Assembly (NCBI GenBank): GCA_934169575.1
Contig: CAKPOA010000005.1
Span: 5,797-69,796 of the forward strand
Direction of reading: 5' to 3'
DNA: 64,000 nt
DNA from: an uncultured Clostridia bacterium
GTDB taxonomy: Bacteria > Bacillota > Clostridia > TANB77 > CAG-508
Below, in pieces: positions 28,981-38,096 of the stretch (position 1 is the first letter of the stretch; every line of letters begins with the position of its first letter). A model generated the notes under the pieces. That model made no database searches. It saw only the letters and a program-made list of their open reading frames with translations, and was not told the DNA's origin. A program made the position numbers and the translations under genes.

Positions 28981-29808
28981 CTATTTACTTTTTTGTTTCT
29001 TTTTATGCTTATACATTTCCGCATCAGCGTATTTTATATTTTCCTCAAAAGTGCTTACCTTAGGGACAAACATTGAGCAGCCATAAGAAATATTAGGTAA
29101 CTGTTCCATTTCATTTCTTTTTTTCTGTATATTCTCAATAAACTCAAAATTTAATTTATCTAAATAATGAAGTTTATTTTCAAGAATTACAGCAAACTCA
29201 TCGCCACCAATCCGGTAACATTTGCCATACTTTTTGTATGTTTCCATTAAGATATTAGCAACAGTTATTAATACCTCATCTCCAAAGGGATGTCCATATG
29301 TATCATTAATATATTTAAAATTATTTACATCAAATATTATAATAATACACTTTTTTTTAGGATTATAATTTTTGAAATTGTTTTGATTTAACAATTTGGT
29401 TAAACCATCAATAGATTGTTCCATTTTGCACATCTTTAAATATATAAATGTGCTTGCAATAGATATTGTAATCCACCTAATTTCAAAAATATTTGGGTTA
29501 GTTTTTGCAAATACATATGACAATATTATAAATATTCCTATTAATATCCATTCAGCCATATTTATTTGATAAATCTTTTTTGCTATTATTATCATTTTTA
29601 CAACAAATGTTAATAATAGCAAATATACTCCTAACTCAATTATAGTGAAAAAGCAATTCTCTGCTCCAACTATAAATTCGGTAACAGCCCCAACTAATAC
29701 TAGAACTGAAAAACAGAAATACCTCCGTCTTTTTGTTGCAATAATGTTTTTATTAAATATTATTGCAATAACAAGCATTATACTTATGAAAATTGTGTAA
29801 TAACTCAT
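28981..29808 (-). CDS. Membrane-anchored diguanylate cyclase (GGDEF)
   Basis: About 5 TM segments followed by a GGDEF domain (DVNNFKYINDTYGHPFGDEVL...RIGGDEFAVIL). Start moved to the ATG at 29808 behind AAAGGAGAA. Confidence 0.85.
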   Translation of the reverse strand: MSYYTIFISIMLVIAIIFNKNIIATKRRRYFCFSVLVLVGAVTEFIVGAENCFFTIIELGVYLLLLTFVVKMIIIAKKIYQINMAEWILIGIFIILSYVFAKTNPNIFEIRWITISIASTFIYLKMCKMEQSIDGLTKLLNQNNFKNYNPKKKCIIIIFDVNNFKYINDTYGHPFGDEVLITVANILMETYKKYGKCYRIGGDEFAVILENKLHYLDKLNFEFIENIQKKRNEMEQLPNISYGCSMFVPKVSTFEENIKYADAEMYKHKKKQKSK

Positions 29809-30157
29809 TGTTTTCTCCTTTCTACACAATAGCCCCATAATTAAATTCAAAAAAATGAATTTTTAATAAATATTTATCTCTATTTTTTATTCTAACATTT
29901 TTTCACTTAAAATTCAATATATTTCGTCAAATTTCCACTAATTTTTTCCATTTTTATGATATTATCCATATATTCTTTTTAAATAAATTTCATCACCTTT
30001 TTTACAATCTTAATAACATCTATATCATTTAAATTTTCTATTTTTTTCCATATTTATTGTCAAAATTTCCAAATGTATAACTTGTACTATATCTATCATA
30101 TTTTTTATCTAATAATTTCTCATTTTTTCAACCTTTTTTCTAAAATTTTAAAGAATC

Positions 30158-30190
30158 TCAAAAAAGCCAGCGCCTAAATAGGTGCTGGCT
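30158..30190 (-). terminator. GC-rich terminator of the Nudix cassette
   Basis: AGCCAGCGCC-TAAATA-GGTGCTGGCT 10-bp stem. A T-run follows on the minus strand. Confidence 0.6.
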
Positions 30191-30210
30191 ATAGGTTTTT
30201 TATAGGATTT

Positions 30211-30786
30211 TTACAGCATCCCCATTACAACAGCTCTATTAGCTGCTATAAGTGATACTCCATCCATTGGAGCATCCGGGAGAATTGGCTCTTCAGTCTG
30301 CTGCTGAAGTAAAAGTCTTTTCTTAAACTCCTCTTTTTCCATAAACTGGAGTTTAGAGTCTATAAACTCTCCTGCTTCCAACTGCTGTTTAGCTCCCCTT
30401 TCACATATTGCAACAAAGAAGTAAACTTCTTCATCACATATGTGCAAAAAAGGCATTTGTTTGCCGAGGAACTTTAAGTCCTTGCAGATAAGTCCAGCCT
30501 CCTGCTCAAGTTCTGCAATTGCAGCTGTTGAAGGCGACTGACCGTCTTCAATTTTCCCAGCAGGGAAAGCTGCAAGTTTTCCTTCACAGAAAAGTGGCCG
30601 CTCTTCAGTTATCATACCAATCTTTCCATCCACGATGGGAATCATAATAACCGAATCTTTTGACGCTATTCCTTTAAATGGGAACTTATCATTTTGTTTT
30701 ACCCATGCCTCAACAATCGAAGCAAAAGGTAAGAAAGACTTTTCTTCATAAGATATAACGTTTTTATTTGTTTTAAAGAATCCCAT
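30211..30786 (-). CDS. Nudix-fold protein (ADP-ribose pyrophosphatase-like) with degenerate Nudix box
   Basis: The Nudix box region is GKIEDGQSPSTAAIAELEQEAGL against the consensus GX5EX7REUXEEXGU. About 50% G+C versus about 20% in the flanks. AGGAGGT RBS. Confidence 0.7.
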   Translation of the reverse strand: MGFFKTNKNVISYEEKSFLPFASIVEAWVKQNDKFPFKGIASKDSVIMIPIVDGKIGMITEERPLFCEGKLAAFPAGKIEDGQSPSTAAIAELEQEAGLICKDLKFLGKQMPFLHICDEEVYFFVAICERGAKQQLEAGEFIDSKLQFMEKEEFKKRLLLQQQTEEPILPDAPMDGVSLIAANRAVVMGML

Positions 30787-30849
30787 AATTTACCTCCTAT
30801 GGGTATATGAGAGTAATTATGCTCTCAACTTATTATAACGTATAAATTT

Positions 30850-30878
30850 ATTATATCACTAATTATGTAAAATGTCAA
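30850..30878 (-). promoter_or_regulatory. Consensus sigma-A promoter of the Nudix gene
   Basis: The minus strand reads TTGACA-N17-TATAAT, a perfect match to both hexamers, and abuts the spo0A stop codon. Confidence 0.55.
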
Positions 30879-30879
30879 T

Positions 30880-31689
30880 TTATGCACTTTTTAATTCTAA
30901 TCTTAATTTATCAGCAATCATTGCAATAAATTCTGAGTTAGTTGGTTTACCTTTACTTGCAGAAATAGTATACCCAAAAATATTTTCCATTATAGCAGGT
31001 TCACCTCTTCCCCAAGCTACTTCTATCGCATGTCTAATCGCACGTTCAACTCTTGATGGTGTTGTTGTAAATCTTTGAGCAATTTGTGGGTATAAACATT
31101 TTGTTATTTGATTAATAACATCAATATCATTTACTACCATCATAATAGCCTCTCTTAAATATTGGTAACCTTTAATATGTGCTGGCACACCAACTTCATG
31201 AATCATATTTGTTACAAGAGCTTCTAGATTATCTTCATCTTTTCTATCATTACCTATTTCAATATATTTTCTATTACTTTCTCTAGCAGTAATAAAATTA
31301 TTTTTTGGTAATGGCTTGAAATTTTTGATTTCTCTAATCCTTTTTATTAAAAGCCCAATATCAAAAGGTTTAACCACATAATAATCTGCACCAAGTGCTA
31401 TAGATTTTTGTGTTATTTTGTCTTGACCAACAGCTGAAAGCATAATACAAATTGGTGTTTTTTCTAATTCATTTACTTTTTCTAATACTCCTAATCCATC
31501 TAAATGAGGCATAATAATGTCAATAATTGCCACATCAGGTGATAATTCCTTTATTTTTTCTACTGCTTCAATTCCATCTTTTGCAACTCCAATTATTTCC
31601 ATATCTTTTTCATTTCCAAGATATGTCGCAAGTGTTCTGCTAAATTCTTGATTGTCATCTGCAATTAATACTGTAATTTTCTCATTCAC
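30880..31689 (-). CDS. spo0A: Sporulation master regulator Spo0A
   Basis: REC domain (VLIADDN...DIIMPHLDG) plus the Spo0A-specific C-terminal domain ([19 protein letters not shown]...[15 protein letters not shown]). Confidence 0.95.
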   Translation of the reverse strand: MNEKITVLIADDNQEFSRTLATYLGNEKDMEIIGVAKDGIEAVEKIKELSPDVAIIDIIMPHLDGLGVLEKVNELEKTPICIMLSAVGQDKITQKSIALGADYYVVKPFDIGLLIKRIREIKNFKPLPKNNFITARESNRKYIEIGNDRKDEDNLEALVTNMIHEVGVPAHIKGYQYLREAIMMVVNDIDVINQITKCLYPQIAQRFTTTPSRVERAIRHAIEVAWGRGEPAIMENIFGYTISASKGKPTNSEFIAMIADKLRLELKSA

Positions 31690-31734
31690 AGCTTTATCCT
31701 CCTATTCAAAAAATTGTAAAATATTTACATTTTT

Positions 31735-31763
31735 ATTATAGTATATTTTTTTACAAAAAGCAA
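31735..31763 (-). promoter_or_regulatory. Candidate sigma-A-type promoter upstream of spo0A
   Basis: The minus strand reads TTGCTT-N17-TATAAT about 45 nt upstream of the ATG. Confidence 0.3.
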
Positions 31764-31822
31764 TAGTTTTTGGAATTTTTTTCCATTTTTTATTGTTAGA
31801 TAATGTTTTATTTAAAATTAAC

Positions 31823-31890
31823 ATGAGGAAATAGTTGGAATATAAGCTTCTCATTACATCTCTTAGCTTATATTCCAACTATTTCCTTAT
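31823..31890. repeat. Long perfect palindromic hairpin between yigZ and spo0A
   Basis: GGAAATAGTTGGAATATAAGCT (31827-31848) and AGCTTATATTCCAACTATTTCC (31865-31886) form a 22-bp perfect stem extendable to about 26 bp, with a 16-nt loop. Confidence 0.8.
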
Positions 31891-31912
31891 AAAAATTAAT
31901 TCAAACCATTTT

Positions 31913-32536
31913 TTAACAAATCACTATATATTTATCACCAATTTTTTCATATTTTAATATATCAATCTTTTTATTTTCAACATCAGTTTCAAATATTGAA
32001 ACAAACTCATTTTTCAATTCAATATTGCAAATAGCATATTCAACATATTTAGTATCACTAATTTTAATAGAATTTTTATTACAATAATATTTAAAGTTTT
32101 CTAATTTATTATAATCAACATAAACAATAAATTCCATACCTAAGCACATTTCCAATTTTTCTGCATTATTTACCCCCTCGATAGTTGCATTTGAATATGC
32201 TCTTACAAGTCCACCAGTTCCAAGTAAAATACCACCAAAATATCTTGTAACAACAACTAAAATATTGCATAAATTATTATTTTTAAGTATATTAAGCATA
32301 GGTGCACCAGCAGTTCCTGATGGTTCCCCATCATCACTTGATTTTTCGATAATACTTCCATTTTCTAAAATTCTATAGCAACTACAATTATGTCTAGCAT
32401 CAAAATACTGTTTTTTTACTTGTTTAATTATTTCTTCAGCTTGTTTTTTGGATTCAACATAAAATATATTTGCAATAAATTTAGATTTTTTATCAATAAA
32501 CTCTCCAGATGATTTATCTTTTATTGTAACAAACAT
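31913..32536 (-). CDS. yigZ: IMPACT/YigZ family protein
   Basis: KSKFIANIF...ARHNCSCYRI...DDGEPSGTAGAPML matches UPF0029/IMPACT. Confidence 0.8.
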   Translation of the reverse strand: MFVTIKDKSSGEFIDKKSKFIANIFYVESKKQAEEIIKQVKKQYFDARHNCSCYRILENGSIIEKSSDDGEPSGTAGAPMLNILKNNNLCNILVVVTRYFGGILLGTGGLVRAYSNATIEGVNNAEKLEMCLGMEFIVYVDYNKLENFKYYCNKNSIKISDTKYVEYAICNIELKNEFVSIFETDVENKKIDILKYEKIGDKYIVIC

Positions 32537-32549
32537 ATAGCACCTACCT

Positions 32550-34676
32550 TTATAAATGTAATACTCTTGATTTAATTTCCTTAGTTTTACCTACATTCCA
32601 GAAATTTTCTCCAAGATATCCACATGTACGACGAACTACAGTTAATTTATTTCTATCTTTATTTCCACATTGTGGACATTCCCATTCATTTTGATTATTA
32701 ATCTTTATTTCTCCTTCATATCCACATTCATAGCAATAATCAGATTTTGTATTAAATTCAGCATATTGAATATTTTCATATATAAATTTAACTAATTCTT
32801 CTAATGCAGAAATGTTGTTCTTCATATTTGGAATTTCAACATATGAAATTGCTCCTCCACTTGATAAATCTTGGAATTCACTTTCAAACTTAAGTTTATC
32901 AAAAGCATTGATTTTTTCTCTAACATCAACATGATAAGAATTTGTATAATATCCTTTATCTGTAATATCTTCAATTGTTCCAAATCTTTCTTTATCAATA
33001 CGAGCAAATCTATAACATAAACTTTCAGCTGGAGTACCATATAATGCAAATCCTATATTAGTTTCAGCTTTCCATCTATCTGTTGTATCACGCAAATGTT
33101 TCATAACTCTATATGCAAAATCATGTCCTTCAGGATCTGTATGTGACACACCTTTCATAACTTTTGTAAGTTCGTATAAACCTATATATCCAAGAGAAAT
33201 TGAAGAATATCCTCCATAAAGCAATTTATCTATTTTTTCGCCTTGTTTCAATCTTGCAATAGCTCCATATCTCCAATGAACAGGACTAATATCTGCAGAT
33301 GTTCCAAGCAAAGCATAATGTCTACACATTAAAGCCTCTTTACAAAGTTCTAATCTTGCATCAAACTCTTTCCAGAATTTTTCTTCATCTCCATCTGCGA
33401 CAATACCAATTTGAGGTAAATTAATACTAACAACACCTTGATTAAATCTTCCTTCAAACTTATATTCTCCGTTTTCATCTTTCCATGGTGATAAGAAACT
33501 TCTACAACCCATTGGGCTAAATACATTTCCTTCATAATTTTCACGCATTTTTTTTGCAGAGATATAATCTGGATACATTCTTTTTGATGAACATTTTACA
33601 GCAAGTTTTGTTAAATAATCATATTTTCCACCATTTAGGCAATTAAATTCATCAAGTACATATACTAGTTTAGGGAATGCAGGTGTTATATATACTCCTG
33701 CAGAATTTTTAATTCCTTGGTATCTTTGTTTTAATACTTCTTCTATTATCATTGCATTTTCTTCAAGATATTCATCATTAGGGTCAAGATGTAAAAATAG
33801 TGTAACAAAAGGTGATTGTCCATTTGTTGTCATTAATGTATTTATTTGATATTGTATAGTTTGTACTCCTGCACTTAATTCAGTTTTTAATCTTCTATTA
33901 ACTAATTTTTCAATAATTTTTTTATCAACACCATGTCCTAATTCTTCTTTAATTTCTTTTTCAAATTTTTGTTTACTTATTCTTAAATATTTTCCAAGAT
34001 GTATAAGGTCTACAGATTGTCCACCATACTGATTACTTGCAACAGCAGCTATTATTTGTGTTGTAACTGTGCATGCAACCTGAAAACTCTTTGGACTTTC
34101 TATCATTTTTCCATTCATAACAGTTCCATTATCTAACATATCTCCAATATTTATCAAACAGCAATTAAATATTGGTTGTATAAAATAGTCAGCATCATGA
34201 AAATGTAGTACTCCATCTTCCCATGCTTTTGTAATTTTTTCTGGTAATAAAATTCTTTTTGTTAAATCTTTTGAAACCTCTCCTGCTATTAAATCTCTTT
34301 GGGTTGATGCCATTATTGCATTTTTATTTGAATTTTCTTCCATAACATCTTTGTTATTATTTCTGATTAATCCTAATATTGATTCATCTGTTGTATTACT
34401 TTTTCTAACTAATGCTCTTGTATATCTATATACTATATATTTTTTTGCAAGTTCATGTCTCCCCAGTTCCATCAATTTTTCTTCAATAATATCTTGTATA
34501 TCTTCAACTAAAATTCTTTTTTTATTTAGTTCTTCTATATATTCTATTATTGCTTTAATATCTTCTTTAGATGCTTTTTCCTTTCTTGATACTTCTTTAT
34601 TAGCTTTTTCTATTGCTAATTTGATTTTGCTTTGATCAAAATCTGTTACTCTTCCATCTCTTTTTATTACCTTCAT
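32550..34676 (-). CDS. nrdD: Anaerobic ribonucleoside-triphosphate reductase
   Basis: ATP-cone at the N-terminus, C-terminal Zn ribbon CYECGYEGE...CPQCG, and glycyl-radical motif RRTCGYLG. Confidence 0.95.
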   Translation of the reverse strand: MKVIKRDGRVTDFDQSKIKLAIEKANKEVSRKEKASKEDIKAIIEYIEELNKKRILVEDIQDIIEEKLMELGRHELAKKYIVYRYTRALVRKSNTTDESILGLIRNNNKDVMEENSNKNAIMASTQRDLIAGEVSKDLTKRILLPEKITKAWEDGVLHFHDADYFIQPIFNCCLINIGDMLDNGTVMNGKMIESPKSFQVACTVTTQIIAAVASNQYGGQSVDLIHLGKYLRISKQKFEKEIKEELGHGVDKKIIEKLVNRRLKTELSAGVQTIQYQINTLMTTNGQSPFVTLFLHLDPNDEYLEENAMIIEEVLKQRYQGIKNSAGVYITPAFPKLVYVLDEFNCLNGGKYDYLTKLAVKCSSKRMYPDYISAKKMRENYEGNVFSPMGCRSFLSPWKDENGEYKFEGRFNQGVVSINLPQIGIVADGDEEKFWKEFDARLELCKEALMCRHYALLGTSADISPVHWRYGAIARLKQGEKIDKLLYGGYSSISLGYIGLYELTKVMKGVSHTDPEGHDFAYRVMKHLRDTTDRWKAETNIGFALYGTPAESLCYRFARIDKERFGTIEDITDKGYYTNSYHVDVREKINAFDKLKFESEFQDLSSGGAISYVEIPNMKNNISALEELVKFIYENIQYAEFNTKSDYCYECGYEGEIKINNQNEWECPQCGNKDRNKLTVVRRTCGYLGENFWNVGKTKEIKSRVLHL

Positions 34677-34798
34677 TTTTATTCCCCCTAAAAATAGATT
34701 TTTTTTTGATATGTTTTAATTATATATTTAAATTTTAAAAAATCTGTTGCATTTGCAACTTTTTTATGATATATTTTTATTGAAAGGCGGAAAGACTT

Positions 34799-35431
34799 AT
34801 GAACACTGAATTTGAAATTTTTAATTTTTTTGATAAATTAAAAATAAAATGTTGCAAAGTAACAACTCGCTCTTTTCATAGGGGTGAAACTGTTACTACA
34901 TATATAGAAAAGCGTAATCAAATGTGTATAATGTTACATGGTGAAGCAGATTTAATTAGATATGATTTTAACGGAAATAAAACTATTATTGGTTCTTTTT
35001 CTACTAATGATATTTTTGGAGAAGTATTTTATCCAGCAAATACTAATAATGAGTTATTTGTACAAGCTAAGACTGATTGTGAAGTTATATTTTTTATTTA
35101 TAATGATATATTAACAAAATGTAAAAGCAACTGTACTTTTCATAAGGAATTTTCTCAAAAGCTTCATATACTTATAGTTAATCAAGTAGTTAGCTTAAAT
35201 ACAAGAATTGAACTTCTTACTAAAAAAAATATAAGAGATAAACTTCTTTCTTATTTTAATATTTTATCAAATAAAAAATTAAGTAAAACATTTGTCTTGC
35301 CTTATTCTCTTACAGATCTTGCAGATTACCTTAGTGTAGATAGAAGTGCCATGATGAGAGAACTCTCACACTTAAAAGAAGAAGGCTTTATTATAAAAAA
35401 AGGAAAAAAAATCACTCTACTTGGAGAGTGA
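34799..35431 (+). CDS. Crp/Fnr family transcriptional regulator
   Basis: cNMP-binding beta-barrel followed by a C-terminal HTH (LTDLADYLSVDRSAMMRELSHLKEEGFI). Confidence 0.8.
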   Translation: MNTEFEIFNFFDKLKIKCCKVTTRSFHRGETVTTYIEKRNQMCIMLHGEADLIRYDFNGNKTIIGSFSTNDIFGEVFYPANTNNELFVQAKTDCEVIFFIYNDILTKCKSNCTFHKEFSQKLHILIVNQVVSLNTRIELLTKKNIRDKLLSYFNILSNKKLSKTFVLPYSLTDLADYLSVDRSAMMRELSHLKEEGFIIKKGKKITLLGE

Positions 35432-35434
35432 TTT

Positions 35435-36136
35435 TTACTCTTTAAATTCCTCACTAAGTTTTCCAATTGCTTTTGTTTCTATTCTAGAAACATAAGAACG
35501 TGATATTCCCATAGAATTTGCTATCTCATTTTGTGTTTTAGGCTTTTTTCCATTAAGTCCAAATCTAAGTTCAATAATAGTTCTTTCTCTATCTTTTAAA
35601 ACATCTTTCATTTTTTTATATAATTTTTTGATTTTCATTTTTAGATCTACTATTTCTTCAATACTTTTATCATCATTTTCTAATACTTCTTCTAATGTAA
35701 CAACATTATCATCTTTATCTTTTCCAATTGTGTCATTTAAATATACTTCCGCATTTAACTTTTTTGTAGCTCTTAAATACATCAAAATCTCATTATCTAT
35801 ACATCTTGAAACATATGTAGAAAGCCTAGCTCCTTTTTCAACATTAAAACTGTTTATTCCTTTTATAAGACCAATTGTACCAATAGATAATAAATCATCT
35901 TGTTCTACATTTGTATTACAATATTTTTTACAAACATGTGCAACTAATCTTAAGTTTCTTTCAATTAATAAATTTCGTGCTTCTTCATCACCCTGTGATA
36001 ACTTTATAAGTGCATTTTTTTCTTCTTCAGATGATAATGGCTCTGGAAATACTGTTCCTCCAGAAATATATCCAACTGCAAATATTGCAGTCTGTAAAAA
36101 GCTAATAAAACCTGAGAAGCAAATAGTAGAAAACAT
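35435..36136 (-). CDS. sigK: Sporulation sigma factor, pro-sigma-K-like
   Basis: Hydrophobic pro-sequence followed by FPEPLSSEEEKNAL...ERNLRLVAHVCKKY...SIGTIGLIKGINSF. The LVAH and FPxPLS pattern favours SigK over SigE. The gene is uninterrupted (no skin-like insert). Confidence 0.65.
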   Translation of the reverse strand: MFSTICFSGFISFLQTAIFAVGYISGGTVFPEPLSSEEEKNALIKLSQGDEEARNLLIERNLRLVAHVCKKYCNTNVEQDDLLSIGTIGLIKGINSFNVEKGARLSTYVSRCIDNEILMYLRATKKLNAEVYLNDTIGKDKDDNVVTLEEVLENDDKSIEEIVDLKMKIKKLYKKMKDVLKDRERTIIELRFGLNGKKPKTQNEIANSMGISRSYVSRIETKAIGKLSEEFKE

Positions 36137-36203
36137 GATGGCACCTCCAATACATATATAACATATTATATGTAAGTAATACCTAAAATGTTACTACTAT
36201 TAT

Positions 36204-36381
36204 AATGTAATATCTTTCATGAAATTAGTATTATACTTTTTTAATATTGCGTAAGCGATCAAACGAGCATAGCGAGTGCGATTGGAGCAATTTTCATTTT
36301 ATTAATTTTTAATATGGAAATTGCGACTGCAAAATATTAAAAAAGTATAATACTAATTTTATAATAAAAACATATTACATT
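36204..36381 (+). repeat. Foldback element copy 3 of 4 (core 36244-36338)
   Basis: Same core. The clamp is a 27-bp perfect stem, AAATTAGTATTATACTTTTTTAATATT (36222-36248) against 36333-36359. A 10-bp outer stem pairs 36204-36213 with 36372-36381, which overlaps the argS stop codon. Confidence 0.85.
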
Positions 36382-38087
36382 TTATCAGGCATTTCAATTC
36401 CTAATAAATTTGCTCCTTGTTTTAAAACTTTTCCTGTTGCCAAAGTCAAAAATACTCTTGCATTTTGAATATTTTTATCATCACAAATAATCTTGTTTTC
36501 ATTATAAAAACTACTATAAGCTTTTGCTAAATCAAGTAAAAATCTAGCTAAAATAGAAGGCTCATTTTTTTCCGTTACTTGAATTAATACATTTTCAAAA
36601 TTATACAATAATTTAATAATATTTAAACTATATTCATCTTTTAAAATATCAATGCAAACATCTTTAGCATTTGGCATTATTCCACTTTTTTCAATTACAC
36701 TTTTTGTTCTAACATATGTATATTGTATATATGGACCTGTTTCACCTTGAAAATTCAATATTGTATTCCAGTCGAATATTTCATCTTTTAGTCTATTTGT
36801 TGACAAATCATTAAAAATAACTGCACCAATTCCAACTTTTTTTGCAACATCATCTTTATTTTCTAAATCAGGATTTTTTTCCTCAATAATTTTCTTAGCT
36901 CTATTTATAGCTTCATTTAATAAATCTTCAAGTTTTATAATATTTCCTTCTCTTGTTGACATTTTTCCTGTAGGCAATTGAACCATACCAAAAGGAACAT
37001 GAACAAGACCATCTATATATTTTTTATCTAGTCCTAAATATTTTGCTACTGCAAAGATTTGTTTAAAATGTAAAACTTGTTCATATGATGTAACATATAT
37101 ACTTTTATCATAATCATAAGTTCTTGCTCTATACATTAATGCTGCTAAATCTCTTGTAGCATATGTTGTTGAACCATTTGATTTTACAATTATACATGGT
37201 GTATCAATTCCATCTGATTCTAAGTTAACAATTTTTGCCCCTTGTGAATCAGTTAATTTTCCATTTTTTTCTAAGATTTCAATGATTTCATTCATCTTAT
37301 CAGCATAAAAAGCTTCCCCATTCCAAGAATCAAATTTGCTTCCAAGTATATCATAAACCTTTTTAAATTCTTTTAAACTAAGATCTTTAAATTTTTGCCA
37401 AATTTCAACACAATAAGGTTCTCTATCTTCAAGCATCTTAAAATTGTCTCTACATTTTTCTAATACACCTTCATCTTCTTTACATAGCTGATTTATTCTT
37501 ACATAAATTTTTGTTAATTCATTAATTGGGTCATTTTCAATATCATATTCATTTCCCCATAATTTATAACCTTCAATAAGTTTACCAAATTGTGTTCCAT
37601 AATCACCTAAATGATTTACTCCTATAACATTAAATCCTAAGTATTTATATATATTATATAATGAGCCACCTATAACTGTTGAACGTAAATGCCCAATATG
37701 AAAAGGTTTTGCAATATTAGGAGCAGAATAATCTATTACAACATTTTTATTTTTTCCAAATTCAGATTTTCCATATTCTTTTTCACTACCAACTTTTTCT
37801 ATAACTTGTTTAATAAATAAATCTTTATTAATATAAAAATTCAAATAACCACCTACAACATCAACTTTTTCTATATTTGCTCCTAATTCATTATTTATAT
37901 TAGCTTTTATTTCTGTTGCAATAATTTGAGGTGATTTTTTTAATGTTTTTGCAAGACGAAAACATGGAAAAGCATAATCTCCATTTTTACTATCTTTTGG
38001 TATCTCTATAAAAGATATTACATCATTTACATCAACATTTGTAATATCTGCAATTTTTTTTGCAATTTCTAATTTAAAATCTATCAT
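36375..38087 (-). CDS. argS: Arginyl-tRNA synthetase
   Basis: 570 aa, SAPNIAKPFHIGHLRS (HIGH) and MSTREG (KMSK-like) motifs. Confidence 0.95.
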   Translation of the reverse strand: MIDFKLEIAKKIADITNVDVNDVISFIEIPKDSKNGDYAFPCFRLAKTLKKSPQIIATEIKANINNELGANIEKVDVVGGYLNFYINKDLFIKQVIEKVGSEKEYGKSEFGKNKNVVIDYSAPNIAKPFHIGHLRSTVIGGSLYNIYKYLGFNVIGVNHLGDYGTQFGKLIEGYKLWGNEYDIENDPINELTKIYVRINQLCKEDEGVLEKCRDNFKMLEDREPYCVEIWQKFKDLSLKEFKKVYDILGSKFDSWNGEAFYADKMNEIIEILEKNGKLTDSQGAKIVNLESDGIDTPCIIVKSNGSTTYATRDLAALMYRARTYDYDKSIYVTSYEQVLHFKQIFAVAKYLGLDKKYIDGLVHVPFGMVQLPTGKMSTREGNIIKLEDLLNEAINRAKKIIEEKNPDLENKDDVAKKVGIGAVIFNDLSTNRLKDEIFDWNTILNFQGETGPYIQYTYVRTKSVIEKSGIMPNAKDVCIDILKDEYSLNIIKLLYNFENVLIQVTEKNEPSILARFLLDLAKAYSSFYNENKIICDDKNIQNARVFLTLATGKVLKQGANLLGIEMPDKM

Positions 38088-38096
38088 CTTGTCCTC

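Noticed and set aside
29851-30157. Tiny ORFs (MEKISGNLTKYIEF, MEKNRKFK) on the minus strand of the GGDEF leader
   Set aside because: They have no RBS, are 8-14 aa long, and sit in ~18% G+C sequence, so they are most likely chance ORFs.
34677-34798. NrdR boxes or an FNR/CRP site in the nrdD - crp/fnr divergent region
   Set aside because: There is no match to the NrdR box pattern. TTGATATGTTTTAAT has only one good FNR half-site. GTTGCATTTGCAAC is a short 5-bp palindrome of uncertain meaning.
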